A stretch of DNA of 64,000 nt from Octopus vulgaris (GCA_951406725.2 OX597822.1:80848001-80912000), one strand, 5' to 3'. Numbered from the stretch's first letter, positions 1-15,344 are shown. Notes: a model not told the origin generated them from the letters alone. Numbers and translations are program-made.

Positions 1-364
1 GAATGAACGAAGTGTGAAAGGGCTGCTAGAAAGAAGGAAATAAGGAAAGAATACAAGGAAAATAGAGTCGTACAAAATTTAGATATATATATATATATAT
101 ATGAGACCAAAGTGTACGTACGCCGCTATATTTTAAATATAAAAAATACAAAAAATGGGACGAGAACGCAGAACATCCAGACAGTTAGGTGAAACAAAAA
201 AGGGACAACAAAATATCGAGACATACGATACAAGGAAAACAAGGACGGATAATTCGGAGTTTTCTATCCTCAGTCGAGTTCCAGATTATCTTTGCAATTT
301 CGGCTGATTATACTCGGGATTACTCCAATCTGGCCAGACCCAAGGAAGAAATAAGCTAAGACCA

Positions 365-410
365 TTAGTAATAATAATAATGATAATAATAATAATAATA
401 ATAATAACGG

Positions 411-460
<50 letters not shown>

Positions 461-520
461 GTATGGTGGTGGTGGTGGTGGTGGTGGTGGTGGTGGTGGT
501 GGTGTGGTGGTGATAATAAT
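365..520. repeat. compound trinucleotide microsatellite (TAA/GAT/GGT)n
   Basis: direct reading; source of spurious ORF 270..650. Confidence 0.95.
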
Positions 521-1192
521 AAGGAAGCAATAAGGCAACAAAAATGAAAAAGATAAAGAAAGAGAAAACCTGTGAATCTATAATCACCACCTCTCTGCTT
601 TCAGTCACGTAAACAAGCCGTCCTTTGTCATATGGAATTGGTTTTTGCATTAATGTATTGTATTACACATCTATCAGATTTATGTACAAACATGCCTTAC
701 ACGACACAGAAGCACCACACACACACACACATACACACACACACATCTTGTATGTGTTTATATGCATGTATATATATATATATGCATAATATATGTTAGT
801 ATGTAAAGGTGGATGTGTGCTTCCCTCTCTCTTTCTTTCTTTCCCTCCCTTTCTCTTTGTCTCTCACTGTATGTACTTCCGTGCGTACTAGATGCCCCTT
901 TTCCCCTTTCGGTTTCGCAAACTGACACAGACTCTCACATTTATATAATGTACATTGATGTATGTATGCATGTACGTTTGTATCTATTTAGGTCAATGTT
1001 CATACGAACACATGTAACCATATGCATAACAGTATACACACATGTGCACATACACGAACAGATATATACAAATAACGTACACACACATATGCATGTATAT
1101 ATGTTTATGTATGCATATAGGAATATACATATAAATATACATTCTCGTAAAGAATAATAATGGTATTTTTATATAAGCTTAATGCTTGTAGG

Positions 1193-1697
1193 GATCACCG
1201 TGCAATAACTAAGGAAAAATAGTCCAATAATGGGGCATATAAGACCTCGACAGAAAAAAAGAAAGCTTTCCTATACGCGAGGGACACGAACCCACATCCC
1301 TTTGTTAACGCGACAAAGTGTGTTAACTATACACCAGCGAATTAACCTCCCCGTTTCTGTCAATTATATATTTCTTTACTACCCACAAGGGGCTAAACAC
1401 AGAGGGGACAAATAAGGACAGACAAAGGGATTAAGTCGATTACATCGACCCCACTGCGTAACTGGTACTTAATTCATCGGCCCCGAATGGATGAAAGGCA
1501 AAGTCGACCTCGGCGGAATTTGAACTCGGAACGTAGCGACTGACGAAATACGGCTACGCATTTCGCCCGACGTGCTAACGTTTCTGCCAGCTAAGAACTA
1601 TATTATTTCGTATTTGTTTAGGGAAGCCTTCTTTTTTCTGTCGGGGTTTTACGTGCCCCATTATTAAACTGTTTTCCTTCGTCGTTGCACGGTGATC
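1193..1697 (-). mobile_element. tRNA-like head (1274-1346, minus) with tail (1193-1273) and inverted tail copy (1619-1697), interrupted by a SINE
   Basis: ~80-bp imperfect inverted arms GATCACCGTGCAA...TTCCTA / TAGGGAAG...TTGCACGGTGATC; head has A-box-like TGGTGTATAGTTAA and B-box GGTTCGTGTCC. Confidence 0.6.
1369..1592 (-). mobile_element. tRNA-derived SINE, family A (GGCGGCGAGCTGGCAGAA head; CCTTTCATCC..GGGGTCGAT body)
   Basis: near-identical to copies at 17648, 36415, 54551; B-box GTTCAAATTC. Confidence 0.9.
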
Positions 1698-2012
1698 GTC
1701 AGAAATTGTAAAACACGGCACCGTATAACAAAACGATTCGCACCCAAAGCATATATACACTTGTATATATACACGTATATTCATATACATATACACACAC
1801 ATATATGCAGATATACATACACACACATACATATAGACAGACATGCACACATAGGCACATATCCTCGTATGTTGATACCAGTATCAGCACAATATAATAC
1901 ACAAGAGCATTTATGTTGTGTGGGAGGGGAGCGTGTGTGTGTGTGTGTGGCGTGTGCATATGCAAAATATCTAATCAAGTATAACATACATATAAGCATT
2001 GACAGTTTAAAG

Positions 2013-2324
2013 CATAGGTTCTCATAGTGGATGCTACCGCCCCTCGGTGGGTGTTGAGACGGTTCAGGTTGGCACTGGTGCTTAAGTGGGCGGTAGAGTG
2101 GTAGAGTAAAATGAGGCGTTGGGAGGAACACGGCAGATTGGGAGACGCTATGAATTTATTGTAATATCATTATAATATTGTATACAAATTATATAATATT
2201 ATATTAAATATCAAATGTTTCATAGTATTAGTAAAATATAAAATATTTATTTATACACAAAAATAGTGGGGTGCACTGAGGATATTATTTAGCCATAAGT
2301 GGCCCAAAATGCTTGGGGTCACGG
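2013..2324. mobile_element. probable hAT (Charlie-like) MITE, degenerate
   Basis: left end CATAGGTTCTCATAGTGG resembles CAGTGGTTCTCAA-type TIR; right end weak. Confidence 0.35.
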
Positions 2325-2719
2325 AAGCAAGCAATATTCTGCAAGAATATATTGGTGAATGATAAAAAATTTTATGTAATAGAAGTGAACACTTAAATCA
2401 TATCGTTATATTTGCCACAAGACGCACACATCTAATTGTCTATATATTCACAGATATGTTATAGTGTTACATTAAGTGTCGTTTACTCTTTTCAGCTTTT
2501 CGAAATCACGTATTATATGCTAATCTGCGTAAAAGTCGCGAACTATTTCCTGTTATAGATTCGGATTTAGAATTCTCAGAAAGTATTCTATCTTTCCTGT
2601 TGTAGTTAGTCTTTCCTCTTTTTCACGATGAATATTTCCTTGCGTTCATGCCCAAACGTAGAATTCTGAGAAAAACGTGTCTCTATGCATGAATATAAGC
2701 ACATGTATGCAAGCATGTG

Positions 2720-2960
2720 GCAAACTTACTTCGGAAGCGATACCATGGCCCTGGAAATCAGACTGGCCAAACCTTCAGCCATATTCAGTCGTCTCATAGT
2801 GCATTTAAGACGCCGACAGCATCAGTTATAAAACCAAAATGAAACTGTTGAAAGTTTTGATAAAGTTAGCTCTTGTGTATGGCTCGAACACCTAAAAAAT
2901 ATTAACAAGAATTAATACGTTATTCAGACGGATGTTTTGAGAAGTTGTATTCATGTGTAA
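2720..2960 (+). pseudogene. RTE-clade LINE reverse transcriptase C-terminal fragment
   Basis: frameshifted translation TYFGS..EIRLAKPSAIFSRL / SISYKTKMKLLKVLIKLALVYGSNT*..RINTL matches RTE motif YLGS..RIAKA..TKLRL...LLYGSETW. Confidence 0.65.
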
Positions 2961-3578
2961 CCCTATCCTATTCATAAAGTGAGCGTTGTTCATAGAATGT
3001 AAGCCTGTATGTTGTTGGTTACCTATATTTATACAAGAATTTAGGGATATGCTTACGCGTGCATACATATACATATTAGTGTGTACATCTACAGCGTAAT
3101 GTAACCATCATGTGTGTGAATACAGCAGGTATTTCTGTATGGCTGCAAGCCGATATCAGAGGTCAGATGTGTATATTATCTGATGTTTATTTCTCTTTCT
3201 TCACAGATACGTATACAGCTGCTTTCAAACCTACAGAATTCATTTTAATTCTTAATTTCCTTGACTGGAAGAGTACTTGAACCCTGCTTATGTGCAGTCC
3301 AACAGTCACGGCTGAAATAGCATCACTCCGATGCGAGATCTGTGTGAACCAATGAGAACCGTTTGCTACTCCGCCATCTTGATACAGTATGTTTACATTC
3401 CATATATGTCACCTGAAGTACCAGGTGACATATATGCACGTGCAGAATCATATACATCTAAGTCTCATTTCATCTGGCAGAATGAATTTATTAATTAATA
3501 TGCGGGGCATTTTTTTACCTGTTCATTACTTCATTACCACTAACATTTGTATATATACACACACACATACAAAAATAC

Positions 3579-3646
<68 letters not shown>

Positions 3647-3914
3647 AAAGGAGACACACATATTTATATCATTTATATACAGTAGAAGTACATTAAATGA
3701 AGATAGCCATCTATGTATCATAGTGAATTCAAATACATTATATGCATATATTCATGTTTGTACGAGCGACTGTTTGAATGTAGCTATGTATAAATATGCA
3801 TTTCTATGCGGAATTTGTATTTATATGGTATGTGTGCAACTGTGTTTGTTAATATCAGCATAGCTGTAAACATCGCGTTATCTTTTTTCCGATTTCTGTC
3901 TGCTGACCTAATTA

Positions 3915-3990
<76 letters not shown>

Positions 3991-3992
3991 TG

Positions 3993-4056
<64 letters not shown>

Positions 4057-4317
4057 TATAAAAACCGCTGTGTATACATTCATGTTTATTTGCTATGCAT
4101 AAAGGCGCCCATATATACATGCACGTATATACATGTACATATATATGTATATGTTTACACACACAAACACACTCACACACACATATATACATATTTGTAT
4201 ATATATAACGCATTAAAGTAACCCACATTAATAATGCATTTGACATTATAGGGTACATCGGCTATTCATAATAATCATTATTATGAATGAACACAATTCA
4301 TAATATCGTATCATGCT

Positions 4318-4365
<48 letters not shown>

Positions 4366-4592
4366 ATTATATTATATTTATTTAATCTTATCTATGAAAC
4401 ATAAATCAATGGGTTAATGTCTTTTTCATTGAATATGCTTATAGAAATAAAAATATTAAGTAGAACTTAAGATAAAGCCGTCGAAACGTAAATGTCTTAG
4501 TCGTAACAAAGGCAGCCATTGTTTTTGCTACACAAACTTACATTCCCTTGTATGCGATCAACTCAAAATATTAATCCGGCATTTTCTGCTCT

Positions 4593-4731
<139 letters not shown>

Positions 4732-7156
4732 CCTATTTTAATACTCCTTCAAAAGTTTTGATTTCATTTCATCTTTGTTTTCTCTTTGTTTCCATATATT
4801 TAGATATGTGTGTGTGTGTGTGTGTGCACGCGTGTGTGTGTGTGCGCGCGTGTGTGTGTGTGTGTGTGTGTTTATCAGAAGAATATATTCGTGGCCAAAT
4901 AATTCCGTGCTGTGCTGTGCTCTCCCTAACACTGCCCTTCCCATTTTAACCAAACCAATATTTTGCGTTGCCCCACACTTTATCACGCCTATATGTCGAC
5001 CCTTTGGTTTTGTATTCATATATATATATATGTGTGTGTGTATGTGCGCGTGTGTGTGTGTGTGTAAAAACATGTATACATACACGCACATACAGACACA
5101 CACATGCACATACTCACACCCATACATGTATATCCACCTATGTATGTATAGATATATACATACACATGTGCGTCTTAAATATATATGTATATATATATAT
5201 ATTCATATATATATATACATATTTACATATATCTATATGTATGTACTTACAATATATGAATGTATATATGCATACATATATTCACGTGTATTTTATGTGT
5301 ATGTCTATTTATGTGTTTGTATGATTGAATTATTCCTTTGACATATTTTGATCAATATTGCGTTTTTCTCTAATGGAAATTAATGCTATAAATTCATGGC
5401 CGAGACAACACGCACGCGCACACAATTGCACGCTCATACACACACGCACAGACACATATACATACTCGCAAACACGCAGACGCACAGAGATACCTCGTTG
5501 CATCAACTGACATTCATGCACACACCACATAGTCAGATGCTCACGAACCCACATACACCACACACACATACCAACACCTACACACATAGAACCATCCTAG
5601 CAATTCTTCCCCGTAGTAACAGGTGGAAAAGGTTATGTTTGATTTCCAACACAAACAATTCATCTATGTAATTCACCTAAAATGGCGTCTCTATTGAACG
5701 CCATTCCTTTTGAGAATATATAGATGCGTTTTTTAAAAAAAAATTCGAGGTAAACTTAAGTTAAACAGTAATTTGACTTTTGATTCCATTACGATTAATT
5801 ATAAGAGAGAAATGTTCTCTCGTTTCTATTGCTTTTGAAAAACTTCACTATAAAGGAACACTTTTTCCCCTGCTTGAAAGGAAACCGTTCTAGTCTTCGA
5901 TCTGTTTGATTTTCTATATTTTTTATCGATCAATATAGGTTTCTTTATTTTTAAAAGATGTTTGTGTTCGTTGAGTTTCGATTTAGTTTTGAAGTTCTAT
6001 GTTCTCGGTTCAAATAACGCTAGGGTCGAATTTTCTCTTTTATAAACACAAAAATAATAAGGTTCAAGTTTGTTATTGTTGTTGTAATTGTTATTAGCGT
6101 TTATTCCCCGGCTTAATTCTGATTAATCAGACTTTTGATCAAAAGGATTACCTTACCTTGGGTATATAATGAAAGACATTTAGTTTGCAACTATCTTGTA
6201 TCTTTTAAGAGAATTATATATATCTGACAATTTTAACTTATGTGTGTTTTCTTTAAATAGAAGCTAGATTTTGATTTTCAAAAAGATTTGGCTGCGCTTT
6301 CTGGGATATTGTGTGACATGTCGAGATTCCGTCTTTTGCACATACTGTATCAGTAATATATCGGAATAATTAAATCAGTATTTATCCTAAACCATTACAT
6401 GAAAACTTGTATCAATAGTGGAGCAGATGCCGTAGCGCATTAGATGGATGCGTTGCAGTTATGTCACCTCAATCATCCCACGATAAATAGTAACGGGACT
6501 TCCATAGCTTTTCATCGTGCCGGAGTCGATAAAGTAAATATTTCTTTTATATCGTATTAAATGGATTCGATGCAGTTTATATCTTAGACTTCTCCATAAA
6601 TATGGGACCATATTTTTATATAATAAACCGATGATTATGATGTTAAGACAAATAATTTATATTAACATATAGATTTCAAGGCACGATCAGAATTCACACT
6701 GGTCTCTGATTTTCTTTTATCCTATGTTTTTACTACTCTTGAGGAAAATATATCGACGTGTAGCACCATTCTACTCCGAAGCAATTTCTACAACCACAAA
6801 ATATCATTCTATTAGATTAAAAGTTGAGTGGGGTTAAAGGACTAGAAAATGGAGAGCATTGAATCAAATGCCTTAAGGTATTTCAGAATATCAATGTGTA
6901 TGCTATATACGTCATATTGTCTGTTACTAAATAAAAAAAAAATATACATATGTATATATCAATGACACGCTTAACAATTTACTTTGCAGTAATTGCATTG
7001 TGTCACCTAGCGGCAGTTCCTTAACTCGTCAGTTTTTGTATTAAAAACACAAAATTCAATTGCAATAAAATTTTTTATTGATCTCAAGGCCTCAATACAT
7101 TTGGATTGCGTGTGTGTGTCATATGTATATACACACACACATACAAACACACACAA

Positions 7157-7187
<31 letters not shown>

Positions 7188-7313
7188 GTAAGAGAGAGAT
7201 AAATATATATGTATATGGGTATGTATATATATATATATATATATATGTATATGTATGTATATATATATATATATATATACATACATCCATACATACATAC
7301 ATATATATATATA

Positions 7314-7353
<40 letters not shown>

Positions 7354-7598
7354 CATATATTTATTCATACATACATATATATATTATGGCTGCCCCCTCG
7401 TTATCGAGTAAGGCCATTGCACGAAGCTTAACTGTTACTGGTGCTGTGATCGAATGTGACTTTTTAGCCCAGCTAAAGGTCTACAATGTCATGTACAGAA
7501 TTGGCAACTACTACCTTTACCGGTAGTAGCCGGCTGTAGTTTTAACTGAGCTTCATGTACCTTTGCATGTCATATATATATATATACATACATTTATT

Positions 7599-7696
<98 letters not shown>

Positions 7697-8300
7697 TGCA
7701 CTAAAATAATAATTATACATATAAATTACATAATTATAAAAGGGAGCAGGAAAAACAGGAATAAAATCCTACTCCAACATATAAGAATACGCCAAAAAAA
7801 GTTACATGTTGGATCAGGATTTTTTCTTTTTCCCTTATATAATTATGTAGTAGGTCGTCAAGTATGAAATTTGTAGTTAGATATATGGTAAAGATTGACA
7901 GCTACTCATTTTGCACCATTATTATATTTGACAATCTATATTTTTGTTAGAAAGCCGGCACATCTATCTCTTTCTTCACAACCACATGATTCTGGCTTCA
8001 ATCCTACTACGTGGCACCTTGGGAACATATATATATATATACACATATATATACACATACTCATACACACAGACACATATGTGTATATATATATATATAT
8101 ATATGTATGTATAGAGTCGTGTACCTGTGCAGTGCATTTGCTAATTGAGGTACAAAAATATGTGATGAATGTAACTGCTAGACTTGTGTAGAATCTTACA
8201 TATGCATGCATCTATATATACATACATATGCTCATATATTTATACATATATATGTATGAATGTGTGTATATATACATATATATGTATGTATGTATATATA

Positions 8301-8337
<37 letters not shown>

Positions 8338-8755
8338 AAATATATATGTATAGATATAGATATAAATATGTGTGTTATTAGGCACACAAACGCACACCCA
8401 TATATGAATATATATGTATGTATAAATATATATACATGCGTGTTTGTGTGTCTGTGGGTGGGGTATGTTAGCGTGTGCCCATAAACACCTTAAAGTCAGA
8501 TTAAATATAAATCCATTTAATGCATAAATACATGATGTTTTCATTGATGTATGCTTCACATTTATGCAAACGATGTGGTAGCCATTAACTCGAATTTATA
8601 AGTCTCTTTGTTGTGTTTGAAATATTCTAATCCCTCTGTGGACATTAATGCAGGAAAACAAAATTAAACATTATTTCGGTAAATTTATGTGCGTGTGTTG
8701 GTCTACGTGTGCGCGTCGTGTACGCAGATATGCAGATAGATACAACACATATATG

Positions 8756-8859
<104 letters not shown>

Positions 8860-8987
8860 AATTCCGATGAAAGCAAACAAACTTCTTAGAAAGTTAAAGA
8901 AGTGATTTTAAATTCTCAAACGCAGGATAATGCTAATAATATAGCCTGAACATGATAAGCTACCCCTATTTTGCAGAAAAAAGTATT

Positions 8988-9065
8988 GCTACACATCGCT
9001 GGTCACAATGCGTTCGCATTGTTTTAGCATTCGAATGACGCCACCCCGCTGGCTAAGCGAGCAGG

Positions 9066-9117
<52 letters not shown>

Positions 9118-9175
9118 TATATGTATCTATCAATCTATCTAATGTGACCTCGTGTGTACCGTTGGCGATTTTTTT
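8988..9175 (-). repeat. inverted copy of 10421-10617 (SINE C tail + TA + part of HHR element)
   Basis: reverse complement match with a few substitutions. Confidence 0.9.
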
Positions 9176-9294
9176 TACGTATGTATATGTATGTTTATAT
9201 ATGTATGTATATATGTGTATATATATATGTATGTAAATATATATATGTGTATATATATGTCTATATATGTGTGTGTATATATATATATATATAT

Positions 9295-9398
<104 letters not shown>

Positions 9399-10192
9399 GT
9401 TTGTGTGTTATGTATAGTTTATACATAGAAATTTACTGACATAGTTGCACAGTCTCATCTGAAACGAGTACACTTTCAGACGATTCTTTACTATTTCTAT
9501 CGAGTTGTTTATGTTAAACTACACACGGTGCTTGTGTTTTTGGTATCTCATTATAAATTATAAACACGAACCACTGTAATTACGCGTCGCAGTGCTCTGA
9601 ACCATTAAGCTAAACTGCCCTCACCACAAATGCTTTCACAAAATTAAGATATATAGAAATAGACATGCAGGGAGTAAATAAACATCTTAAATTTTCAAAA
9701 TATCTGATCTAAGCGTCTTAATATATTTTCAGCAGTGTACAATTTACAATGTAATTATCCTTTTTCATTCCAGATGCCACTATATTAAACATTTGTGAAA
9801 AGTAACCATGCCACGCACAAAAAATTCAGCTGAACTGTCAGATTTTACCCCTTTTAAGCATAATACATTCCGGGACGGTAGGTGGGATGTGCTGGATGAA
9901 ATCTATGCCATCCCGTACGTAACTGGGTATTAATGGGCACGAAGGTTTTTAGGAGTATATCTAAAAAATGACTTTGTTGTTGTATTGGCGCTTCAGGTTC
10001 AACAACTATTGTTTTAGTTGGAGGTCAGCAGGCCTTAGTATTTTTAAGCACTCGTTCTTCAGCTTATTTATGGCACTTTGTATTTCTAAGCTTTTGTGGA
10101 CTTTAGGCAATCCGTAGAAATTGTTCCCTTTGAATTCAGAGTTGCAGATATAATCTTTCTCATATATATATATATCCTTCTATATATAGTTA

Positions 10193-10252
<60 letters not shown>

Positions 10253-10348
10253 TAATCCAAACAAGAAAGCACAAAAAAACACAACAACGCGAGGACGTGG
10301 AACAAATATAGTATTATTGGACGCTCAGGAAAGAAGGAAAGAAGGAGG

Positions 10349-10383
10349 ATTTAACGTTTCGAGCGGAGCTCTTCCTCGGAAAC
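10349..10383 (-). ncRNA. minimal type I hammerhead ribozyme motif (PLE pLTR type) in element 10248-10470
   Basis: GTTT-CCGAGGA-A-GAGC tcc GCTC-GAAA-CG-TT-AAAT; palindromic AACGTT stem III; U4C variant. Confidence 0.6.
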
Positions 10384-10466
10384 ATAGGAGAAGGAAAAAT
10401 CCAGAGAAGGGAAGACAGAGGAAAAAAATCGCCAAGGGTACACACGAGGTCACATTAGATAGACAG

Positions 10467-10537
<71 letters not shown>

Positions 10538-10960
10538 CCTGCTCGCTTAGCCAGTGGGGTGGCGTCATTCGAATGCTAAAACAATGCGAACGCATTGTGA
10601 CCAGCGATGTGTAGCAACATCTGATGGTCTGGTCGATCACGTGATCACGTGATATATATATATGTGTGTGTGTGTGTATGCATATATCATAGTCTTCTAG
10701 TCGTTTAGTTTTCGTCTATCAAAGCCCCCCTACAAGGCTTTTGTTCGCTATAATGTAGAAAAGATTTGGCAAAGGGCTAGGGATTGAATATGAAACTATG
10801 TGGTTGACAGGCAAGCTATTTAGCATGCAGATATGCCCGTGCAATATATACATACATTTATATGAGAACAAGTTATGTACATATATAAACGTATACATTT
10901 ATACATTTACATAGAAATAAGTGGGCAAGTATATATATATATATATATATATACACTAGC

Positions 10961-10992
<32 letters not shown>

Positions 10993-11107
10993 GCTGGATA
11001 ACACCATTCAAAATTCTGGTGCATCTAACTTAAGTACCATATTCATTTGAATCTAAATTTTGCTATATATACATATGTATATGTATGTTTATATACGTAT
11101 GTATATA

Positions 11108-11164
<57 letters not shown>

Positions 11165-11205
11165 GTGTATGCAAATATATATATGTGTGTATATATATAT
11201 GTCTA

Positions 11206-11375
<170 letters not shown>

Positions 11376-12166
11376 TGTGTTATGTATAGTTTATACATAG
11401 AAATTTACTGACATAGTTGCACAGTCTCATCTGAAACGAGTACACTTTCAGACGATTCTTTACTATTTCTATCGAGTTGTTTATGTTAAACTACACACGG
11501 TGCTTGTGTTTTTGGTATCTCATTATAAATTATAAACACGAACCACTGTAATTACGCGTCGCAGTGCTCTGAACCATTAAGCTAAACTGCCCTCACCACA
11601 AATGCTTTCACAAAATTAAGATATATAGAAATAGACATGCAGGGAGTAAATAAACATCTTAAATTTTCAAAATATCTGATCTAAGCGTCTTAATATATTT
11701 TCAGCAGTGTACAATTTACAATGTAATTATCCTTTTTCATTCCAGATGCCACTATATTAAACATTTGTGAAAAGTAACCATGCCACGCACAAAAAATTCA
11801 GCTGAACTGTCAGATTTTACCCCTTTTAAGCATAATACATTCCGGGACGGTAGGTGGGATGTGCTGGATGAAATCTATGCCATCCCGTACGTAACTGGGT
11901 ATTAATGGGCACGAAGGTTTTTAGGAGTATATCTAAAAAATGACTTTGTTGTTGTATTGGCGCTTCAGGTTCAACAACTATTGTTTTAGTTGGAGGTCAG
12001 CAGGCCTTAGTATTTTTAAGCACTCGTTCTTCAGCTTATTTATGGCACTTTGTATTTCTAAGCTTTTGTGGACTTTAGGCAATCCGTAGAAATTGTTCCC
12101 TTTGAATTCAGAGTTGCAGATATAATCTTTCTCATATATATATATATCCTTCTATATATATAGTTA

Positions 12167-12216
<50 letters not shown>

Positions 12217-12313
12217 TTAATCCAAACAAGAAAGCACAAAAAAACACAACAACGCGAGGACGTGGAACAAATATAGTATTATTGGACGCTCAGGAAAGAA
12301 GGAAAGAAGGAGG

Positions 12314-12348
12314 ATTTAACGTTTCGAGCGGAGCTCTTCCTCGGAAAC
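12314..12348 (-). ncRNA. second copy of minimal hammerhead motif (tandem unit 2)
   Basis: identical to 10349-10383. Confidence 0.6.
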
Positions 12349-12431
12349 ATAGGAGAAGGAAAAATCCAGAGAAGGGAAGACAGAGGAAAAAAATCGCCAA
12401 GGGTACACACGAGGTCACATTAGATAGACAG

Positions 12432-12478
<47 letters not shown>

Positions 12479-12900
12479 CTGCTCGCTTAGCCAGTGGGGT
12501 GGCGTCATTCGAATGCTAAAACAATGCGAACGCATTGTGACCAGCGATGTGTAGCAACATCTGATGGTCTGGTCGATCACGTGATCACGTGATATATATA
12601 TGTGTGTGTGTGTGTATGCATATATCATAGTCTTCTAGTCGTTTAGTTTTCGTCTATCAAAGCCCCCCTACAAGGCTTTTGTTCGCTATAATGTAGAAAA
12701 GATTTGGCAAAGGGCTAGGGATTGAATATGAAACTATGTGGTTGACAGGCAAGCTATTTAGCATGCAGATATGCCCGTGCAATATATACATACATTTATA
12801 TGAGAACAAGTTATGTACATATATAAACGTATACATTTATACATTTACATAGAAATAAGTGGGCAAGTATATATATATATATATATATATATACACTAGC

Positions 12901-12932
<32 letters not shown>

Positions 12933-13047
12933 GCTGGATAACACCATTCAAAATTCTGGTGCATCTAACTTAAGTACCATATTCATTTGAATCTAAATTT
13001 TGCTATATATACATATGTATATGTATGTTTATATACGTATGTATATA

Positions 13048-13110
<63 letters not shown>

Positions 13111-13147
13111 ATGCAAATATATATATGTGTGTATATATATATGTCTA

Positions 13148-13263
<116 letters not shown>

Positions 13264-13716
13264 TGTGTGTGCGTGTGTCGGTGTGTGTGTGTGTGTTTAT
13301 GTATAGTTTGTACATAGAAATTTACTGACATAGTTGCACAGTCTCATCTGAAACGAGTACACTTTCAGACGATTCTTTACTATTTCTATCGAGTTGTTTA
13401 TGTTAAACTACACACGGTGCTTGTGTTTTTGGTATCTCATTATAAATTTCAGCCGACCTCTTGAACGTGGAGTGTTGTAAGCACAAACTACTTCGTCTGG
13501 TCCTTGATAGCTTAATTGCTCGAGGATGTTGGAAATGGTTATCGGGTTGTTCATGTAAATATAGAAGACGAATATCTAAGATAATGATTTAGCCATGCTA
13601 TCTTAACTCCAATCTGCCAATTCTGACGTCATACACGCATATATTGTATTCATTTATAAGTTTGTGTGTCTGTGCCTACATTACAAACATATATGTGTTT
13701 GCATATATTTTTTATC

Positions 13717-13868
13717 GGCGCAAGAGTGGCTGTGTGGTAAGTAGCTTGCTTCCCAACCACATGGTTCTGGGTTAAATCCCACTGCATGGCACCTTGGGCA
13801 AATGTCCTTTACTATAGCCCCGGACCGACCAAAGACTTGTGAGTGGATTTGGTAGACGGAAACTGAAA
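13717..13868 (+). mobile_element. tRNA-derived SINE, family B (CORE-like ACCTTGGGCAA), 3'-truncated
   Basis: head GGCGCAAGAGTGGCTGTGTGGTAAG; matches 17966, 61825, 62361. Confidence 0.85.
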
Positions 13869-13874
13869 CCTCAT

Positions 13875-14540
13875 TTGTCTCTTGTGCGGGTTACAATGTC
13901 AAAGTTGTTGACCGCTTCATTTATTTCGGCAGTGAGATTCATAACGGTATTAGATGTGGGGCTGAAGCCCTAAAATACACGGACGATCTGGTGCAGTGAT
14001 GGACACATTGGACGAGGCTACTTGGCCCTGCAGAAACTTGAGTTGGAGGACAAAGCTTTAGATCTCTAGGTCTCTGGTCTTCTCTCTTCTCCTCTGTACT
14101 TGTGAGATTTGGACACTATCCGAGGCCCTTAATACCGTCTGAACATTTTTCTTACCAGGATACTTCGCAGGATTATGGGTTACTATTGGTTGGATGTCGT
14201 ATCTAAGCAATTATTCTTCTCAGAAACTGGGATGCGCTGTGTTTCTTGTATTATTTGGGAAGACAAACTCACAGTGTTTGGCTATATTGCTCAATTTTCC
14301 GAGTTAGACCCTATTTACTGAGTTCTACTCCTTGAAGATCCGGCAGGGTTGATGGCTTGTGTTGGTGGACCACATGGCACATAGACATGGCGGATGAAGA
14401 GGGATCTTGTGGTGATGGGGACTCCATCCGACTGGGACTCTATCCAACTGGGACTCCATCCGACACAGCGCCCGGGGAGACCCGGGAATATACCGACAAA
14501 TGGTGAATGCAGCAACACGTTGTTCCCAAATCTGATCTGA
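13875..14540 (+). pseudogene. RTE-clade LINE 3' fragment (RT C-terminal region), decayed
   Basis: VKVVDRFIYFGSEI..LSWRTKL*..LLLCTCEIWTL / RILRRIMGYYWLDVVS..KLTVFGYIAQF..DPIY; stops and frameshifts. Confidence 0.85.
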
Positions 14541-14647
14541 TATAAGGCCCTGGACTATCAGGGCCCGGAAATTCGGAGTTGTGCTTGCATTTGTTATAAC
14601 TGTTGTACATTTTGTATTAAAGAAGTGTTACAGATCCAACATAAGCC

Positions 14648-14960
14648 AAACTGTTGTAGAAAATCGTAGGTTTCCTAAGGGAATTTCAAGAACATAAAAC
14701 TTTTCACTAATACTTTCTTATTCCATCATCTTTGGGGAAACATACTTAACCACTAACAAACTGTATCGCTTAACTGCAGTTAATAACAGAGCACAAAAAA
14801 CAACGCAGCATTAAAATTCAAATATGGTTAATTCCCTTAGGAGACACAACTACATACACAAACGTTACGGATTGCACACATACAGACGTAGGAAAGAGAA
14901 GGATTGGTAAATGCATATGAAATAAAACAGTTGTAGAAAATCGTATGTTTCCTAAGGGAA
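14648..14960. repeat. ~310-bp element with 36-bp terminal direct repeats and an internal inverted partial copy
   Basis: AAAC(T/A)GTTGTAGAAAATCGTA(G/T)GTTTCCTAAGGGAA at 14648 and 14925; TTCCCTTAGGAGAC at ~14832. Confidence 0.7.
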
Positions 14961-15130
14961 ACATACGTATTTGAATTTTAATGGCGAGGCGAGTTTTTTT
15001 TTTAATCCTGTGTTCTTATCTGAATTTCAATTATTCGTTACATACATACGTACGTACGTACCTACCTACCTACCTACATACATACATACATACATACATA
15101 TATACGCACATACGTACATACATATATACA

Positions 15131-15173
<43 letters not shown>

Positions 15174-15287
15174 TTTATGCATATGTGTCTATGTGCGTGT
15201 ACATAAGTAAATGTATATATTCATGTGTATATACATCTTATATATATATATATATGTATAAATGTATATAAGATATATATATATAAC

Positions 15288-15334
<47 letters not shown>

Positions 15335-15344
15335 TATATATATG

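Noticed and set aside
245-335. CTGAGGA and GAAATTGCAA motifs on the minus strand as a permuted hammerhead
   Set aside because: Stems I and II cannot be closed convincingly.
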